Origin: Chitinophagaceae bacterium
GTDB lineage: Bacteria > Bacteroidota > Bacteroidia > Chitinophagales > Chitinophagaceae
Length of the DNA: 64,000 nt
Direction: 5' to 3'
Assembly: GCA_035628135.1 (NCBI GenBank)
Contig: DASPKM010000004.1
Coordinates: forward strand, 362,596-426,595
Every line of letters begins with the position of its first letter. Within the stretch, counting starts at the first letter, position 1. The position numbers and the translations under genes are program-made. The notes beneath the pieces are model-generated. The model had not been told where the DNA came from. It ran no database searches and saw only the letters and a program-made list of their open reading frames with translations. Below, piece by piece: positions 8,654-18,867 of this stretch.

Positions 8654-11101
8654 TTGTACGAAGGACACTGGCATATTTATGAGCCCGGTTTGAAGAATTT
8701 TGTGTACATTTCTCGATACCAAAGCAACCAAAACCAAAAACCTGTCCCTGAACCTATGCCTATCTTCGCCCCTCCTTTCGACCACCCCAAAAAACAAGTC
8801 CAGGATGCCATTGCGCAAAAGGACTACTATACCGCCCTGTTCACAATCCATGATTGGCTGGCTGAATATCCTGATCACGAAGAGGCGGTGCAGTTTTGCA
8901 CAGACATTCTGAAGCGTAAAGAGATTTCATTGGCCGATCCTGCATTGCAGGGGAAATTGAAAACCGCGGATGCGGATCAATTGTCGGGCCTGGGCATGGC
9001 TTTTCAAAAGGCAGACAGAACACGGGACGCGATATGGCTTTACGAACTGGCATTGCAGAAAGATCCTGATTCGCAGGAAGTGCTCGAACAATTGGCTGAT
9101 TTGTATGCCGAACAGCCCGGGGACCGGGACAAGGCCATCAACCATTACCTGCAATGCATCAATATCGAAAAGGCGAAACCCGATCCCGATCCCGTGTATT
9201 TGTCACGCATTTATACCGCCATAAGCTATACTTATGTCGAGAAGATCGATCCCGAGAATGCAGAAATGTATGCCAAACTCGGCCTGGAGCACAACGTTGA
9301 TAATTATCCGTGCTATTACAACCTGGCCCTTGCATTGCAGATGCAGGAAAAACACCAGGAGGCCAACGATACATTGAATACTGCATGGAACTATGCTACC
9401 AACGACTCAGAAAAAGGCGATACCCAGTTCATGCTCGGCGAAGTGGCCGACCAGTTGCACAAGCCGCACAAGGCTCGTGATTATTTTGTAGAAGCCCTGC
9501 GATATGACGATAAAATGGTATATGCTTATCACAACCTGGTAACAGTGTCCCGCTCAACAAGCGAATTCGGCAGGGCTGTTTACTATGCCGGCAAGGCGCT
9601 GGAACTGTATGAAGAAGCATATCTCGATAATCGGTTCGAAGATGAAAAGGGCAAATGTTATTACTACGCCGAAATGCTGCGCGATTACAAGCCTGGCAAA
9701 ACAGAAAAGGATTTCGCGAAATGGGAAGAGTTGCTGCGTGAATACCACCGCGCGCATCCCGAAGACCCTGATGGTACGGGAGAACTGTTCAAAATGTTCT
9801 TTGCAAAGAAAAAAGCCATCGAGAACGGAGAAATATTTGCCGATAACTGGCACGGCGAATGGGTAAATCACCTGGAGGACGCACAAAGCAATGTAGTGGA
9901 ATGGTATGAGCGTGCAGTGCAGGCCTTCACGGATTATATCGCCAAGAACAAAAGGCCCTACCAGTTAACCTACCATCACGTTCAACTGGGATACATTTAC
10001 CTCCTGTTCGAAATATACGACAAGGCAAAAGAAAGTTTCGAAGCCGCATTGAAGATAAATCCGCAGCACGCCAAAGCAATGGAAGGCATGGGCGTTGCTC
10101 ATTTTAAGGCGGGCGAGTATCCTAAGGCGTTAGAATATTTCAAGAAAGCGGTGAACCTGCATCCCGGTTCATTGAACCTGGAATGCAACCTGGCAGACAG
10201 CTACCGGATGGCCGGGCAAACAGAAGAGGCCGAGCGCATTTATCAAAGAGTGCTGGCGCGCTGCCCAAAGTACCTGGACGCCCTCGCGGGCCTGGGCGAA
10301 TGCAACAAATCATGGGGCGATAAAGAAGTGGAAGCGGGCAATACCGCCGACTCCGAAGAATATTTTCAAAAAGCAAGGTCTTATTTCCAGCAGGTATTGG
10401 AACTAAGGAATGCGGCTAATTCCAGCAAGCAGCTTACCCGGCAGGAATTGAATGCGCTGTATTATTCGCTCGGCTATTCCAAAGTGCGGCTGTACGAAGC
10501 CAGCAAGGGTATAAACTTCGGGTTGCTGCTAGGCGCCAAGAAAAACCTGAACAGCGTGACCAAAAGCGCACCTGAATACGTGAAGTCGCAAAAAGCCGTA
10601 CGCCTCATCAACCAAAAGATATTTTCCTATAGCTCGGTGTTGAACTTTGCGCCGGCCATTATATTTCTGGTTTCATTCCTGTTGTTGCTGGCAACGCAAT
10701 ACTTCATGTTTAAAAAAGAAGACAAGGTGTACCAGCTGAACCGCGACTCTATACTTGCTTTGGCAAAGAAAAACTCGGACAGTACTATCCTGCTCAAATC
10801 CATATCTCCGTTTTTGATGCAGGAATTTGTGGACCTAAAAGAAATAAAATCAAAGCTCGCTCCTTCAGTACAGCCGGCATTTTTAAATATGATGGATATG
10901 AAATCAGTGACGGAAAAACCCGTTGGTAAAGTAATAGACCTTGATTCCGTTTCTTACATTTCGCTTACGTTCGGAACACTGTTGTTCATGATCATCGGGC
11001 TGTTCCTGCCTTACATTGCAAAGATCAAGGTAGGCGCCATCGAAATGGAAAAGAACGCGATGGAAACAGTAAAGGCCACCAGCACCATCATCAAAAAATA
11101 A
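8654..11101 (+). CDS. TPR-repeat protein with two C-terminal transmembrane helices
   Basis: Multiple TPR-like helical repeats (AKAMEGMGVAHFKAGEYPKALEYFKKAVNLHP...) and two hydrophobic segments near the C-terminus. Start codon uncertain. Confidence 0.7.
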   Translation: MYEGHWHIYEPGLKNFVYISRYQSNQNQKPVPEPMPIFAPPFDHPKKQVQDAIAQKDYYTALFTIHDWLAEYPDHEEAVQFCTDILKRKEISLADPALQGKLKTADADQLSGLGMAFQKADRTRDAIWLYELALQKDPDSQEVLEQLADLYAEQPGDRDKAINHYLQCINIEKAKPDPDPVYLSRIYTAISYTYVEKIDPENAEMYAKLGLEHNVDNYPCYYNLALALQMQEKHQEANDTLNTAWNYATNDSEKGDTQFMLGEVADQLHKPHKARDYFVEALRYDDKMVYAYHNLVTVSRSTSEFGRAVYYAGKALELYEEAYLDNRFEDEKGKCYYYAEMLRDYKPGKTEKDFAKWEELLREYHRAHPEDPDGTGELFKMFFAKKKAIENGEIFADNWHGEWVNHLEDAQSNVVEWYERAVQAFTDYIAKNKRPYQLTYHHVQLGYIYLLFEIYDKAKESFEAALKINPQHAKAMEGMGVAHFKAGEYPKALEYFKKAVNLHPGSLNLECNLADSYRMAGQTEEAERIYQRVLARCPKYLDALAGLGECNKSWGDKEVEAGNTADSEEYFQKARSYFQQVLELRNAANSSKQLTRQELNALYYSLGYSKVRLYEASKGINFGLLLGAKKNLNSVTKSAPEYVKSQKAVRLINQKIFSYSSVLNFAPAIIFLVSFLLLLATQYFMFKKEDKVYQLNRDSILALAKKNSDSTILLKSISPFLMQEFVDLKEIKSKLAPSVQPAFLNMMDMKSVTEKPVGKVIDLDSVSYISLTFGTLLFMIIGLFLPYIAKIKVGAIEMEKNAMETVKATSTIIKK

Positions 11102-11122
11102 CAACTGCTTTATCGGAAAACG

Positions 11123-11150
11123 AAAGGCCGCTTGCGCGGCCTTTTTTATT
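11123..11150. terminator. bidirectional rho-independent terminator
   Basis: Hairpin AAAGGCCGC-TTGC-GCGGCCTTT followed by a T-run, lying between the convergent genes ending at 11101 and 11146. Confidence 0.6.
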
Positions 11151-12045
11151 TCGAAGGTATTGTTGTTACATTTTCACTGATGAACTTCACCAGGTCGTTG
11201 GCAAACCTTTCCGGCTGCTCCCAATGCAAGGCATGGCCCGTTTCTTCGTATATAATAAGCCGTGAGTTCCAGATGGTCTGCGACATCAACTGCTGGCCGG
11301 CCCTGGAACAGATGCCGTCCTTATCGCCCCAAAGGATCAGCACCGGTTTTTGAATGCCAGCAATTTCCTTGCGGAAGTCAACGCTGAGAAACCCTTCGGC
11401 AACCTGCTTCCATACGTGCGCAGGCATCTTCAGGCTTTCTCTGACCGCTATTTTATGAAAAGCAGGATCTACGGGTTTAAACACGGTGCTGCTTTGAAAC
11501 CCATCGGCAAATTCAGGGCTGATAGGATCACGCAATTTCTTGACCTCTTCATGAAACTCAGGCATGCCAGGATTATTGTTCATGGCAATATCGGAACTGA
11601 TCACTACCAAGGCCCTGGTAAGCTTTGGATAGGTGATCGCAAATTGCTGCGCGATGACGCCGCCCATGGAGTGACCTACGATCACAACCTGTCCGAGGTT
11701 CTTCTTTTTAATAAAATCAGCAATGTCGGCTGCAAAGTCCTTCGGGTGATAGTTGCCTCCCGGCTTATCTGAATCACCATGGCCTCGCTGCGACAGTGCA
11801 AACACGTGCATACGTTCGGGCAAGAACGGCAAAGTGGTTTCGAATGAATGCCAGGAGTCGGTGTACCCATGCAGCAGGATCACGGGAATGCCATTGGCAT
11901 TTCCTTTTTCCGCATATTGAAGACTAACACCGGTGCTCAATTGAATGGATTGCACCTTTCCCTTAAAAGGCGTGTAAGGGGCTTGTGCAAACAAACTGCC
12001 TGTAACTGCCAGGCATAGAATAACTGAAAATAATAATCGTGTCAT
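11146..12045 (-). CDS. secreted alpha/beta hydrolase
   Basis: Signal peptide MTRLLFSVILCLAVTGSLFA (internal start at 12045), HGYTDSW oxyanion region and a GHSMGG nucleophile elbow. Confidence 0.8.
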   Translation of the reverse strand: MTRLLFSVILCLAVTGSLFAQAPYTPFKGKVQSIQLSTGVSLQYAEKGNANGIPVILLHGYTDSWHSFETTLPFLPERMHVFALSQRGHGDSDKPGGNYHPKDFAADIADFIKKKNLGQVVIVGHSMGGVIAQQFAITYPKLTRALVVISSDIAMNNNPGMPEFHEEVKKLRDPISPEFADGFQSSTVFKPVDPAFHKIAVRESLKMPAHVWKQVAEGFLSVDFRKEIAGIQKPVLILWGDKDGICSRAGQQLMSQTIWNSRLIIYEETGHALHWEQPERFANDLVKFISENVTTIPSK

Positions 12046-12194
12046 GGCTATAAGTTTTAGGCCGCAAATATGTGCGCAACCGCCGGGCCTTCCTATCACC
12101 AAAGAAGCTGCCGCATTCCCCAAAACCGGGGAGTGGAGGCTGGCATTCATGCCGGCAATCTTATATCTTTGTCGATACCCACTAACAACACGTA

Positions 12195-13010
12195 ATGAAC
12201 TACCAGGTTTATACCCCTGTTGCCGAACTGCAGGAATTTGTAAAATGCTTCTGGACTTTGGAAGATCAAGCGGTTCCCGAGCCCATACGCCAGCGGGTAT
12301 TGCCGGACGGTTGCATGGAAATGATCTTTCACTACGGTGATCTGTACAAGCAATATTTCGAAGACGGCAGTTTCATTGTTCAGCCAAGAAGCTTTGTTTT
12401 CGGTCAAATCACCAAATACCTGGAGATTGCGCCTACCGGTGTAAGTGGTATTAATTCAGCCAGGTTCCTCCCCGATGGCTTATTGCCTTTCTTAAACCGG
12501 CCCGTATCGGAGCTGGAAAACAAGGCCGTGAGCCTGGAAGACCTGTTCAACGAACATGGAAAAAAACTCGAGCAGGAAGTGCTGCAGGCCGCCGATAACC
12601 AGCAACGCATTAAGATCATTGAGGCTTTTTTATTATCGAGGCTTACGGATCCTTCCACGATCGACAACATTACCAAGGATTGCGTAAGCGTGATCATTCA
12701 ATCGAGAGGCCAGGTAGGCGTAGTGGAGCTGGCGGGAAAATTAAAGATCAACCGCCGTAACATGGAAAGAAAGTTCATGTCGGTCATTGGCATGAGCCCC
12801 AAGCAGCTTTCACGCGTGGTGCGGCTGCAAGCCACTCTAAAAATGCTGGAACAAAGACAATTCACCAGTCTTACTTCGCTTGCGTATGAGAATGGGTATT
12901 ACGACCAGGCCCATTTTATAAGAGATTTTAAAGAGTTTACCGGCATCAGCCCTAAATTATTTTTTGCAGACAACCTGAAGCTTTCCACACTGTTCATTGC
13001 CGCGGAATAG
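12195..13010 (+). CDS. AraC family transcriptional regulator
   Basis: C-terminal AraC HTH (ENGYYDQAHFIRDFKEFTGISP). Divergent from the hydrolase gene. Confidence 0.9.
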   Translation: MNYQVYTPVAELQEFVKCFWTLEDQAVPEPIRQRVLPDGCMEMIFHYGDLYKQYFEDGSFIVQPRSFVFGQITKYLEIAPTGVSGINSARFLPDGLLPFLNRPVSELENKAVSLEDLFNEHGKKLEQEVLQAADNQQRIKIIEAFLLSRLTDPSTIDNITKDCVSVIIQSRGQVGVVELAGKLKINRRNMERKFMSVIGMSPKQLSRVVRLQATLKMLEQRQFTSLTSLAYENGYYDQAHFIRDFKEFTGISPKLFFADNLKLSTLFIAAE

Positions 13011-13076
13011 CTGTCGCATTTTTACAATTTTTGCTTGGTGCGGCCCAGTATTATTGTACCAACAAAATATTCCATT

Positions 13077-13445
13077 ATGCAAAACATGATCAATTGGTTC
13101 GAGATCCCTGCAAAGGATATCAGCCGTGCGAAAAATTTCTACAATGTAATTTTAGGCGTCCAGCTCAACGAGGTGGATATGTTCGGAACAAAGATGGCCT
13201 TCTTTCCTACCGATGGTTCCAATGTATCGGGCGCTATTGTGCAGGGCGATGATTATGCTCCATCTCCGGGCGGCTCGCTGTTGTACCTGAATGGTGGCGC
13301 CGACCTTGAAAACGTATTATCGAAAGTGGAAGGCGCGGGCGGAAAAGTGGTTGTACCCAAAACGCAGATCAGCCCGGAGATGGGACATTTTGCAATGTTC
13401 CTGGATACCGAAGGCAATAAGATGGCCCTGCATTCCATGAATTAA
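13077..13445 (+). CDS. VOC/glyoxalase-bleomycin resistance family protein
   Basis: About 120-aa paired beta-alpha-beta-beta-beta fold signature (WFEIPAKDISRAKNFY...GNKMALH). Start placed at the internal ATG at 13077. Confidence 0.75.
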   Translation: MQNMINWFEIPAKDISRAKNFYNVILGVQLNEVDMFGTKMAFFPTDGSNVSGAIVQGDDYAPSPGGSLLYLNGGADLENVLSKVEGAGGKVVVPKTQISPEMGHFAMFLDTEGNKMALHSMN

Positions 13446-13457
13446 AATCATCTATAC

Positions 13458-13991
13458 ATGAAAAAATATCAGCGATACTACCTGCTCACTGCGCTCATTG
13501 TGCTTGCGGTGGGCATCGGCGGCTGCAATAACCAGCAAAACAATGCGGCAACCACAACTGACAGTAGCGGTGCCACCGTCCCAACAACATCCGGGGAGGT
13601 AATATTTGATAAGCTGGTGGGCACCTGGCAAAACACCGGTGACAAAAGCTTTGAGCGATGGACCAGGAACAGCGACGGCACTTACCGAACCGTAGTGTTC
13701 AAGGTGAACGGTAGCGATACCAGTTATACCGAAGAGAACTCAGTATACCAGGAAAATGGTAAATGGGTGTCCGAGAATAAAGTGAGCGGGCAAAATGATG
13801 GCAAGTCTGTAAAGTTTACGCAATCGGCCATGACCACCAACACCATACAGTTGAGCAACCCGGCGCACGATTTTCCCACCGACATTCACTATACCGTTGT
13901 GGATGCCAATACGGTGAATGCATACATCGTAGGTCCTAACAGCAAAGGCGGGAAGGATACCATCCCATTTAATTACACGAGAGTGCGGTAG
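13458..13991 (+). CDS. lipoprotein, hypothetical
   Basis: Signal peptide with lipobox (GIGGC) and a Thr/Asn-rich linker. Confidence 0.55.
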   Translation: MKKYQRYYLLTALIVLAVGIGGCNNQQNNAATTTDSSGATVPTTSGEVIFDKLVGTWQNTGDKSFERWTRNSDGTYRTVVFKVNGSDTSYTEENSVYQENGKWVSENKVSGQNDGKSVKFTQSAMTTNTIQLSNPAHDFPTDIHYTVVDANTVNAYIVGPNSKGGKDTIPFNYTRVR

Positions 13992-14009
13992 CTAACGTAA
14001 ATGGTCATG

Positions 14010-15194
14010 CTATTTAAAAGGGTCTGAATATTTTGGGTCGGTTACCAGGCTCTGATCGGTAAGCGTTTTTAAGAATGCCACGATGGCCGCTTTGTCTGCC
14101 GCGGTTATGAATTGGTAACCTCCATTAGGTATCTGGACACCGCGATTGGGATGATTTTTTGCGCCGTTCTGGTAATGGTCCATTACCTGTTCCAGCGTGC
14201 TGAATCTTCCATCGTGCATATAGGGCGCGGTGAGCGCAATGTTTCTTAGCGTGGGCATCTTAAAGGTGCCCATGTCTTTTGCCAGCCCGGTCTTCTCTCC
14301 TATTCCATTGTCGGCATAGTTTAGGTCAAGCGCATTGTTGGCGCCAAACCCGGTATTGACGCCGGAATTTTCAACAATGATGAAAGTAGGTTCCAGGCGC
14401 GACGCCACATTGGTAAGATCACTGTGGCATTCCGTGCAATTGAGTTGGGTCATCAGTTGTTTGCCGCGCAATTCTTCCGTGCTGAAGTTTGCAAAATTAT
14501 TGCCCAGTCCCTGGTCGTATTTTGAATTGAAGGTAACGATCGAGCGCATGAATTGCGAAAGCGCTTTTGCGATGCGGTCGTCGGTGATATCTTCTGTTCC
14601 AAATGCATTCTTAAATAACGCTGGATAATAAGCCTTGCCTTTAAGCTTTGTTTCGAGTACGGACAACGATGGCATACCCATTTCGATATGGTCTGTAATG
14701 GGCATCAGCGATTGTTCTTCCAATGTGGCGGCGCGCAGGTCCCAGAACATTTTCTGCGCTTTAAAATACCGCACGTTCACGATCGCCATGGCATTGCGCC
14801 TGGTAACGCCACCATCGAAACCTTTTGAAACGTTCAAGCCATCGGTGAATGCCTTGTCCTGGTGATGGCAGGACGCACAGGCGATGGTATTATTAACTGA
14901 AAGCGATTTGTCGTAAAACAACACTCTTCCCAGGGTGGCGCCATGGTTGGTAATAGGATTATTGCCCGGTGTGTTGTCAACATCAGGATGCGCGTTGATG
15001 TAATTCCTGATGTGTGTGGGCATGGTGGCGCCGGCAGCGTAATCAAAAGGAGTTGGCGGCAGCTTTGGAGCGCCGGGTACGGGGCCTGGTACCGGAACAG
15101 GATCATCCCCGTTTATAGGTTCCTGGCAGCTAAATTGAATTAGCAGGATAAGACAAACGAAAAGCGTAATGGCTATGCTGTTTCTGCGGTTCAT
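14010..15194 (-). CDS. di-haem cytochrome c peroxidase (CCP/MauG family)
   Basis: Two CxxCH haem motifs (CASCH, CTECH) and the conserved PYMHDG region. Signal peptide present. Confidence 0.85.
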   Translation of the reverse strand: MNRRNSIAITLFVCLILLIQFSCQEPINGDDPVPVPGPVPGAPKLPPTPFDYAAGATMPTHIRNYINAHPDVDNTPGNNPITNHGATLGRVLFYDKSLSVNNTIACASCHHQDKAFTDGLNVSKGFDGGVTRRNAMAIVNVRYFKAQKMFWDLRAATLEEQSLMPITDHIEMGMPSLSVLETKLKGKAYYPALFKNAFGTEDITDDRIAKALSQFMRSIVTFNSKYDQGLGNNFANFSTEELRGKQLMTQLNCTECHSDLTNVASRLEPTFIIVENSGVNTGFGANNALDLNYADNGIGEKTGLAKDMGTFKMPTLRNIALTAPYMHDGRFSTLEQVMDHYQNGAKNHPNRGVQIPNGGYQFITAADKAAIVAFLKTLTDQSLVTDPKYSDPFK

Positions 15195-15325
15195 ACATGA
15201 GGAATTTAGGTCAATTGGTCAACGAATACACTTTATGTACGACATATACTGTAGATAAAAGAAATGCGTTGGGTAAAGCGGTTGCTTTTTACTTTTCTTT
15301 GTAAGACCATCCCAAAACCAATCAT

Positions 15326-15811
15326 ATGCGCTTTTCACAAAAAGCTACTGCCATTGCCGCTCTTATGGTAATGGCCTCTTGCGACATTACCGTAGAACAT
15401 TCAGACGCCCCTGCCTCCGGGGCCGCCGCTGAAATAAGCATGACCCGCGAACAGTTCTGGGCGGCCGCCAGGGCAGGAAATGTAGACAGCATGCTTGCCT
15501 TTCACCTCGACACTGCCACGTATAAATTATATGAGAACGGTGGAATGTACGATTATGCGGCCCAGGCAGATGGACACAAGGCCATGAAGGACCTTGGAGT
15601 GAACAGGATAGAATTCAATGTGCGTGTAATGGATACTGTTGTATTCAATAGGAGCCATGCAATGGAAACCTGGGATGGCACAACGGTTACGTGGCTTAAC
15701 TCAGGCCAGAAGGACACTTCGGGAAGGTTTTTTGTTACCATTTTGTATACGCGTACGCCTGAAGGCTGGAAGTTCAGTTATTTACATTCTTCAAGCAAGC
15801 CAAGTAACTAA
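15326..15811 (+). CDS. SnoaL-like/DUF4440-type lipoprotein
   Basis: Lipobox (MASC) and NTF2-like fold signature. Family assigned by eye. Confidence 0.5.
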   Translation: MRFSQKATAIAALMVMASCDITVEHSDAPASGAAAEISMTREQFWAAARAGNVDSMLAFHLDTATYKLYENGGMYDYAAQADGHKAMKDLGVNRIEFNVRVMDTVVFNRSHAMETWDGTTVTWLNSGQKDTSGRFFVTILYTRTPEGWKFSYLHSSSKPSN

Positions 15812-15854
15812 ATCTGTTGTTTTTGCATTAATTTTCCGGCCGCCATTACACCCA

Positions 15855-15942
15855 GGAGAGATGCCAGAGCGGCTGAATGGGACGGTCTCGAAAACCGTTG
15901 TCCGGCTTGTCCGGACCGAGGGTTCGAATCCCTCTCTCTCCG
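15855..15942 (+). tRNA. tRNA-Ser(CGA)
   Basis: Cloverleaf with 7-bp acceptor GGAGAGA/TCTCTCC, anticodon arm ACGGT-CTCGAAA-ACCGT (anticodon CGA), long variable arm and T-arm GAGGG-TTCGAAT-CCCTC. Close to E. coli serU by eye. No encoded CCA. Confidence 0.85.
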
Positions 15943-15980
15943 CTTTTTGATGGTTTTGTTCACTTTTTCACGCTTTCTGT
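15943..15980 (+). repeat. R0: repeat tail directly following the tRNA-Ser 3' end (TTTTTGATGGTTTTGTTCACTTTTTCACGCTTTCTGT)
   Basis: Together with the tRNA 3' end this is the prototype of the downstream direct repeats. Confidence 0.6.
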
Positions 15981-16063
15981 ATTTTGGCAGACAGCCACTC
16001 ACTAATCTGTAATTCATACTTCTTCAGGAAATTCCTGATTTTCAACAAATCTGTTTCAAATAA

Positions 16064-16140
16064 ATTCGAATCCGTCCCATCACTTCGCCTTCGTTCGCCG
16101 AAGCTTTAACGTAGGCGAACTTGGCTCACAACAAGAGCTT
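16064..16140 (+). repeat. R1: tRNA-3'-end-like core (TTCGAATCCGTCCCATCACTTCGCC) with a B-type hairpin tail
   Basis: Core similar to the other copies. The tail carries the inverted repeat GTTCGCC...GGCGAAC. Confidence 0.55.
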
Positions 16141-16222
16141 TATTCCTCGGCCAGCAAATTTCGGCAGACGAAGTCCACTTAATAGATGGGAGAGCCCCGG
16201 ACCTCAATAGCTCATAAGGGGA

Positions 16223-16747
16223 TTATGATAGAAGCCATAATACTGCACTTAAAAATATACTGGCAAAAATTAGACCCAAATAGAAAACTGAAACTTCTTT
16301 GAATTTCATAGTCATCTTTTGAGAAACAAATTTTTTATATTCCAAATCCTTTCTGTATTGAAACCCTGTGGGATCTAGTACTTTAAAATTTGTAAACTTA
16401 TTACTTGCACAGTCAGTCGCAAATTCTTCGCTATTGAGATACTCAGCAATTTTTATTTGTCGATAAATTGACCTTCGCTGAAGCGTTCTAAAAAAGGAAT
16501 CCATATACCAAAAAAGCAGTGGAATAATTGAAGTCATTAGGATTATCGATGCACGTAACTCTTGCAAATCTTTACCCAAGGCTATAGAAATAACTCCCGC
16601 CCAAATCAAAATACTCCAATTTTTGCTTACCCTAGCAAAGTTGTCCATTCTGTCGATTATAGCATTAATGGTATTTAGTTCCCAAGTGATCAAGTCGACA
16701 TTATGCTCGAATGGATTGATATTATTATTCATTTGATTCATTCGCAA
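16223..16747 (-). CDS. cassette 1: hypothetical membrane protein (3 predicted TM helices)
   Basis: AT-rich ORF. Hydrophobic segments WSILIWAGVISIALG, IILMTSIIPLLFWYM and VFYLGLIFASIFLSAVLWLL. Confidence 0.5.
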   Translation of the reverse strand: MRMNQMNNNINPFEHNVDLITWELNTINAIIDRMDNFARVSKNWSILIWAGVISIALGKDLQELRASIILMTSIIPLLFWYMDSFFRTLQRRSIYRQIKIAEYLNSEEFATDCASNKFTNFKVLDPTGFQYRKDLEYKKFVSQKMTMKFKEVSVFYLGLIFASIFLSAVLWLLS

Positions 16748-16915
16748 TGTAACTAATCGACAATTAATCGGATTTACAAATCGTGAATAGGCAAAACGAA
16801 GGTATCAATTTATCAATGTGGTTTTTATTTATTTCTGAGCTTGGTTTAAATTGACAGTTATAGAAGATGCTACACTTGTTAGAATGCCACTGATTGTCAA
16901 TAAGTCTTTAACCAA

Positions 16916-16983
16916 AAAGTTCGAACTCCGTCCCCTCCACCCCGCTTTTTTGATGGTTTTGTTCGCTTTTTTACGCTTTCTGT
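16916..16983 (+). repeat. R2: AAAGTTCGAACTCCGTCCCCTCCACCCCGC plus A-type tail TTTTTTGATGGTTTTGTTCGCTTTTTTACGCTTTCTGT
   Basis: Near-identical to R0, R3 and R4. Confidence 0.65.
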
Positions 16984-17021
16984 TTGCGACGATAATCAGC
17001 TTCAATTCTGGCTAATCAGTA

Positions 17022-17600
17022 TCATTTCTGATAGTTCAATAATGTGTCGTTTCTATAATGTTCTTTTCTGATAGTATCGCCCGTTTCTGAGAAGTACAGC
17101 CAAATACTGTCCTTTACCCATTTGTCTGTTTCAGGGAAAGGAGAACCTTCACTTACGGTGTCATTGCTTTTATAAAACTCAATCTTTCTGAGTTTTGTGG
17201 TCCCGGTGAAATTATAGTAAGCTTCCTGGTAGCGATGATTGTTTACATTGAATTCATAGGTAGAAGACCTTGCATTACCCTGGCTAATCCGGGCAGCTAC
17301 TGTAAAAATAATTAGTGGAAGCAAGGGAGTTGCGGTCACCATCCCAATTTTGTCGGCAGTTGTTCTAACTTTAATGATTTTAGTCCGCCATAGAATAAAC
17401 TGTACGATTGGAAAGAGAACAAAAAGAAATATATACGCAAAGCCTATTCCTAATGATATACTTGGGTCTTGTTTTGCTTGTCCATATAAGTATAGCACAG
17501 TTCCATAGAAGACGATATTGAAAAGTAAAAGTGGAATATTCATGAGGAGTAATTGGTATCCCGAAATATAACGTAAGACGCGCTCTAAAAATACGCACAT
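17022..17600 (-). CDS. cassette 2: hypothetical membrane protein (3 TM) with a soluble C-terminal domain
   Basis: AT-rich ORF with three hydrophobic helices, then a hydrophilic ~80-aa tail. Confidence 0.5.
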   Translation of the reverse strand: MCVFLERVLRYISGYQLLLMNIPLLLFNIVFYGTVLYLYGQAKQDPSISLGIGFAYIFLFVLFPIVQFILWRTKIIKVRTTADKIGMVTATPLLPLIIFTVAARISQGNARSSTYEFNVNNHRYQEAYYNFTGTTKLRKIEFYKSNDTVSEGSPFPETDKWVKDSIWLYFSETGDTIRKEHYRNDTLLNYQK

Positions 17601-17640
17601 ATTGGTATAAAGGCCTTAACAATCAGCAAATCTTTCACCA

Positions 17641-17709
17641 AAAGTTCGAACTCTGTCTCCTCCACCCCGCTTGTTTGTTGATTTTGTTCACTTTTTGACG
17701 CTTTCTGTC
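17641..17709 (+). repeat. R3: AAAGTTCGAACTCTGTCTCCTCCACCCCGC plus A-type tail
   Basis: Direct repeat copy. Confidence 0.65.
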
Positions 17710-18010
17710 CTCTTGATCTACATTGATCAACTAATGTATAATTCTCGATGATAGCGATCGCATACTATGGGATGCACAGAACCCATGCATCACCAAGGAG
17801 GCTTAGATGATTTATGATTATGCGGGCAGGTTTTGTAGAAACTACTAACACAAATTACATTTTACAAATTCTTAAAACCGTAACTTCTTATAGAATGAAC
17901 AGGCTTGGGAAAAAGAATTAGGGTAGGGCGATAAACGGATTTGGATCGGTATAAAAGCTTTCATACACTCCAAAGCTACTGCACACGATTTGGCTGGTTT
18001 CGAAATGGTA

Positions 18011-18472
18011 TTAAAAAGAAAATCCGCCATTTTGGCGGATCGCTAAGAATGCTGAGTATTTCTTCCCCTTTTCATAAGGATGCCATTGGTCTCCAACCTG
18101 GCCCCAGAGGAAAAAATAATTTTCTATTTCTTCAAGATGCTTATTGATATTCATCTGATACCACCGGTGTTTTACTGCCGTATTACCTTTCACGAATATG
18201 GAAACATTCCAGTTAATGACTGTGAAAGTCCTGATAATGTTTCCGAGCGTATGTAAAACCTTTTCGGCGTCCCCATTATAGCTCAGCTTCGAATCATCAA
18301 TTTTTTGGGTTTTTTCGTCCCAGTCGCCAAATCCAAAATTATAAGTATCGTCAAATTGGTAGGTAAACTGTGCGGCCTTCGGAATCGTGCCTTTTGGGCC
18401 GGTGCTGACAAATTCAAAGAGAGTCACACTGGCTGAAACATTTTTTTTTGTATCATAACATTCGCCAACCAT
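18011..18472 (-). CDS. cassette 3: hypothetical soluble protein (contains an A9 tract at codons 8-10)
   Basis: AT-rich ORF with no recognisable domain. Confidence 0.45.
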   Translation of the reverse strand: MVGECYDTKKNVSASVTLFEFVSTGPKGTIPKAAQFTYQFDDTYNFGFGDWDEKTQKIDDSKLSYNGDAEKVLHTLGNIIRTFTVINWNVSIFVKGNTAVKHRWYQMNINKHLEEIENYFFLWGQVGDQWHPYEKGKKYSAFLAIRQNGGFSF

Positions 18473-18778
18473 AATAGATATTTATAATACTCCCTCAAAT
18501 TATGTTCCATTAATATCCTGGCAACTCGTTTACCTCGTCCCAGCCCTGCCATTTGATAGGCCTTCAGAGCATTCCCCACCTATTATAGAGTGGACAGATA
18601 CACTGCAAACCACAAGGGACTGAGATCACATTCAATAATTCGTTAGATCGGTTTATTTTTGGATTCAACACTCCCAAGGCTGCAGCTCTTAGCGGCTGCC
18701 AATACAGAAAGGTTGTAGGCTGTATAATTAATGCAACAAAGTGAAGAAGACACTGATTTTCAGTAGATCCCTTAAGCG

Positions 18779-18845
18779 AAAGTTCGAACTCTGTCCCCTA
18801 CACCCCGCTTTTTTGATGGTTTTCTTGGTCTTAATCACTTTCTGC
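18779..18845 (+). repeat. R4: AAAGTTCGAACTCTGTCCCCTACACCCCGC plus A-type tail
   Basis: Direct repeat copy. Confidence 0.65.
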
Positions 18846-18867
18846 CGCATTTGCCTTAGGCGACTAG

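Noticed and set aside
8564-8878. 315-nt N-terminal extension of the track ORF 7172..8878
   Set aside because: The signal peptide starts at the internal Met at 8563. The extension would run into the divergent promoter region and shows no homology to the paralog.
15808-16017. 69-aa minus-strand ORF
   Set aside because: It overlaps the tRNA-Ser(CGA) gene and the first repeat, so it is a spurious ORF in structured RNA.
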